Assembly (NCBI GenBank): GCA_024679065.1
Contig: JAGIQG010000003.1
Location: forward strand, 29,574,001-29,638,000
DNA from: Sphyrna mokarran
Taxonomy: Eukaryota
Reading direction: 5' to 3'
Length of the DNA: 64,000 bases
Part shown: positions 62,200 through 64,000 of the stretch, in pieces
Numbering within the stretch: position 1 is the stretch's first letter
Layout of the letters: the number at the start of each line of letters is the position of its first letter
Translations under genes and position numbers: made by a program
The notes under the pieces: model-generated
Database searches by the model: none
The model's input: the letters and a program-made list of their open reading frames with translations, nothing else
What the model was told of the DNA's origin: nothing

Positions 62200-64000
62200 T
62201 TACCACCAAGTCCAGGGAACAGTCCTAGTTCAATGAAGAGCACGTGAAAGCATGCCAGAAGCAGCACCAGACATACCGAAAAATGAGGCATCAACCTGAT
62301 GAAGTTAGGGCACAGTCAAAAGGCATAAGTGGCAAATAATAGACAGAACTGAGCAATTCCACAAGCAATGGATCATATCTAAATCTTGCCACATCTAGCC
62401 CTGAGTAGTCGTGGTCAATTAAACAACTCACTGGAAGAGGAGGCTCCACAAATATCTCCATCCTCAATGTTGGAGGAGCCCAGCACATTAGTGCAAAAGA
62501 TAATGCTGATCATTTTGCAACAATCTTCAGCCAGAAGTGCTGAATGGATGATCCATCTCTGCCTCCTCTGGAGGTTCTCAGCATCACAGGTTCAGCCAAT
62601 TTGATTCACTCCATATAATAACAAGAAATAGTTGAAAACACTGACTACTCCAAAGGCCATGGGCTCTGACAATATTCTAGCAATAGTACTGAAGGCTTGT
62701 GCTCCAGGATTTGTTGTACCCCCTAGCAGAGATGTTCCAGTACAGCTACAACACTGGCATATACCCAGCAATGTAGAAAATTGCCCAGAAATGTCCTGTA
62801 TAGAAAAAATAGGACAAATCCAACTGTTCCAATATCAGTTAAGTAATGGAAGGAATCACCAGCAGTGCTATTCAGCAATCCATACTCACCAATAACAAAC
62901 TCACTGATGCTCATAAGGTCAGAAGTGGGGATGTTTGCTGGTGATTGTACAATGTTCAGCACCATCAACAACTCTTCAGATACTGAAGCTGTCCATGTCC
63001 AAATGAAGCAAAATCTAGGTTTGGGCTGACATGTGGCAAGTAACACTTGCGCCACACAGGTACCAGCAATAATCATGTTGCTGGTCAAAACTGTCTAGCT
63101 GTTTTTGAACGTTGTCCCCTTTATGTGACCAAATGAAGAATTTCTGATTTTTAAAATCAGTCTTTATTACAAGTTATAGCTCAGTTTCCAGTACACCAGC
63201 TGGCGCAGCCAAGAGCCCCAAATACAAGATCACACAGACAGATTATACTTCCACATTCAATTACAAAACCACCAATCAGAGACATATATTTGCATAGAAG
63301 CTATCTATATTCACTCACAATTTATTGATTAGGTTTACATCATGCATAAGCTATGAATACAACTAACCAATTACAACCTATGCATGTCTACTTGATTATA
63401 ATAGATCATCTGAGAAAGGAGCAGCACTCCAAAAGCTTGTGATTCCAAATAAACCTGTTGGACTTTAACCTAGTGTTGTGAGACTTACTATAATATCCAG
63501 TCAGTGTAAAGGCTTGTACATGCTACCTAATCTGATTTACCACCAGTTACAATCTGTTTTTCAGAAAACAACTTGTATCTGACTTGTGGATATCAATTAT
63601 CTTTCCATCTAAGGCTCCTAGAGCTTAATTAAATCCAGGGAGGTTTAATAAACAAACTCTTATGTTCAAACTGTAGATAGCATTGCATCCCTATTCTTAC
63701 CTTTAGACCATTTGGCTGTCAGAGCAATGGTCAACAATCTCACATTGTTTTTACAATCTCTGAGACTTAACAGCTTGTAGTTTGTGTCCTTTGGTCCTCA
63801 CTCACAGTCCGCATCTGGAATGATAGTCAGCTAAACCAAATTATTTAATTCTTTCAGTGAGCATAATTATTAATATGGCTACTATCTGTTTTCAGACTAT
63901 CTCCAACAAAAGAGGATCTAACCATTGTCCCTTGACATTCAAAGGCATTACCATTACTGAATCCGCCACTACCAACATCTTAGGGTTACCATTGATCAGA
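62200..64000 (+). mobile_element. CR1/L2-clade LINE ORF2 fragment, interrupted
   Basis: KAMGSDNILAIVLKACAP, VGMFAGDCTMF; resumes at 63895 (ISNKRGSNHCPLTFKGITITES). Confidence 0.75.
63076..63894 (-). mobile_element. Probable solo LTR containing a small Penelope pLTR piece (63404-63490)
   Basis: An 819-bp insert with TG...CA ends splits the LINE; minus-strand AATAAA at about 63163-63168; TSD degenerate. Confidence 0.55.

Overview
Repeat-rich vertebrate DNA, almost certainly a shark or other elasmobranch, judged by HE1-like V-SINEs and many CR1 LINEs. The only host coding sequence I recognise is the first coding exon of MCF2L2 on the minus strand (34426-34348). Its first intron runs off the left end of the window, and there are a few candidate alternative first or UTR exons. 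The rest is mostly nested mobile elements: CR1, Rex1/Babar and L2 LINE fragments, SINEs, and Harbinger-type elements. A decayed endogenous retrovirus has a tRNA-Ser primer site and a non-gamma-type env with a long TM ectodomain. The most striking pattern is a Penelope-like (GIY-YIG) family carrying minimal hammerhead ribozymes. It has inserted four separate times as a fold-back palindrome (about 120 bp to 2.3 kb), each with its own 9-13 bp target-site duplication, one complete end and one end cut near a fixed point. All family assignments come from motif recognition by eye; no database search was run.
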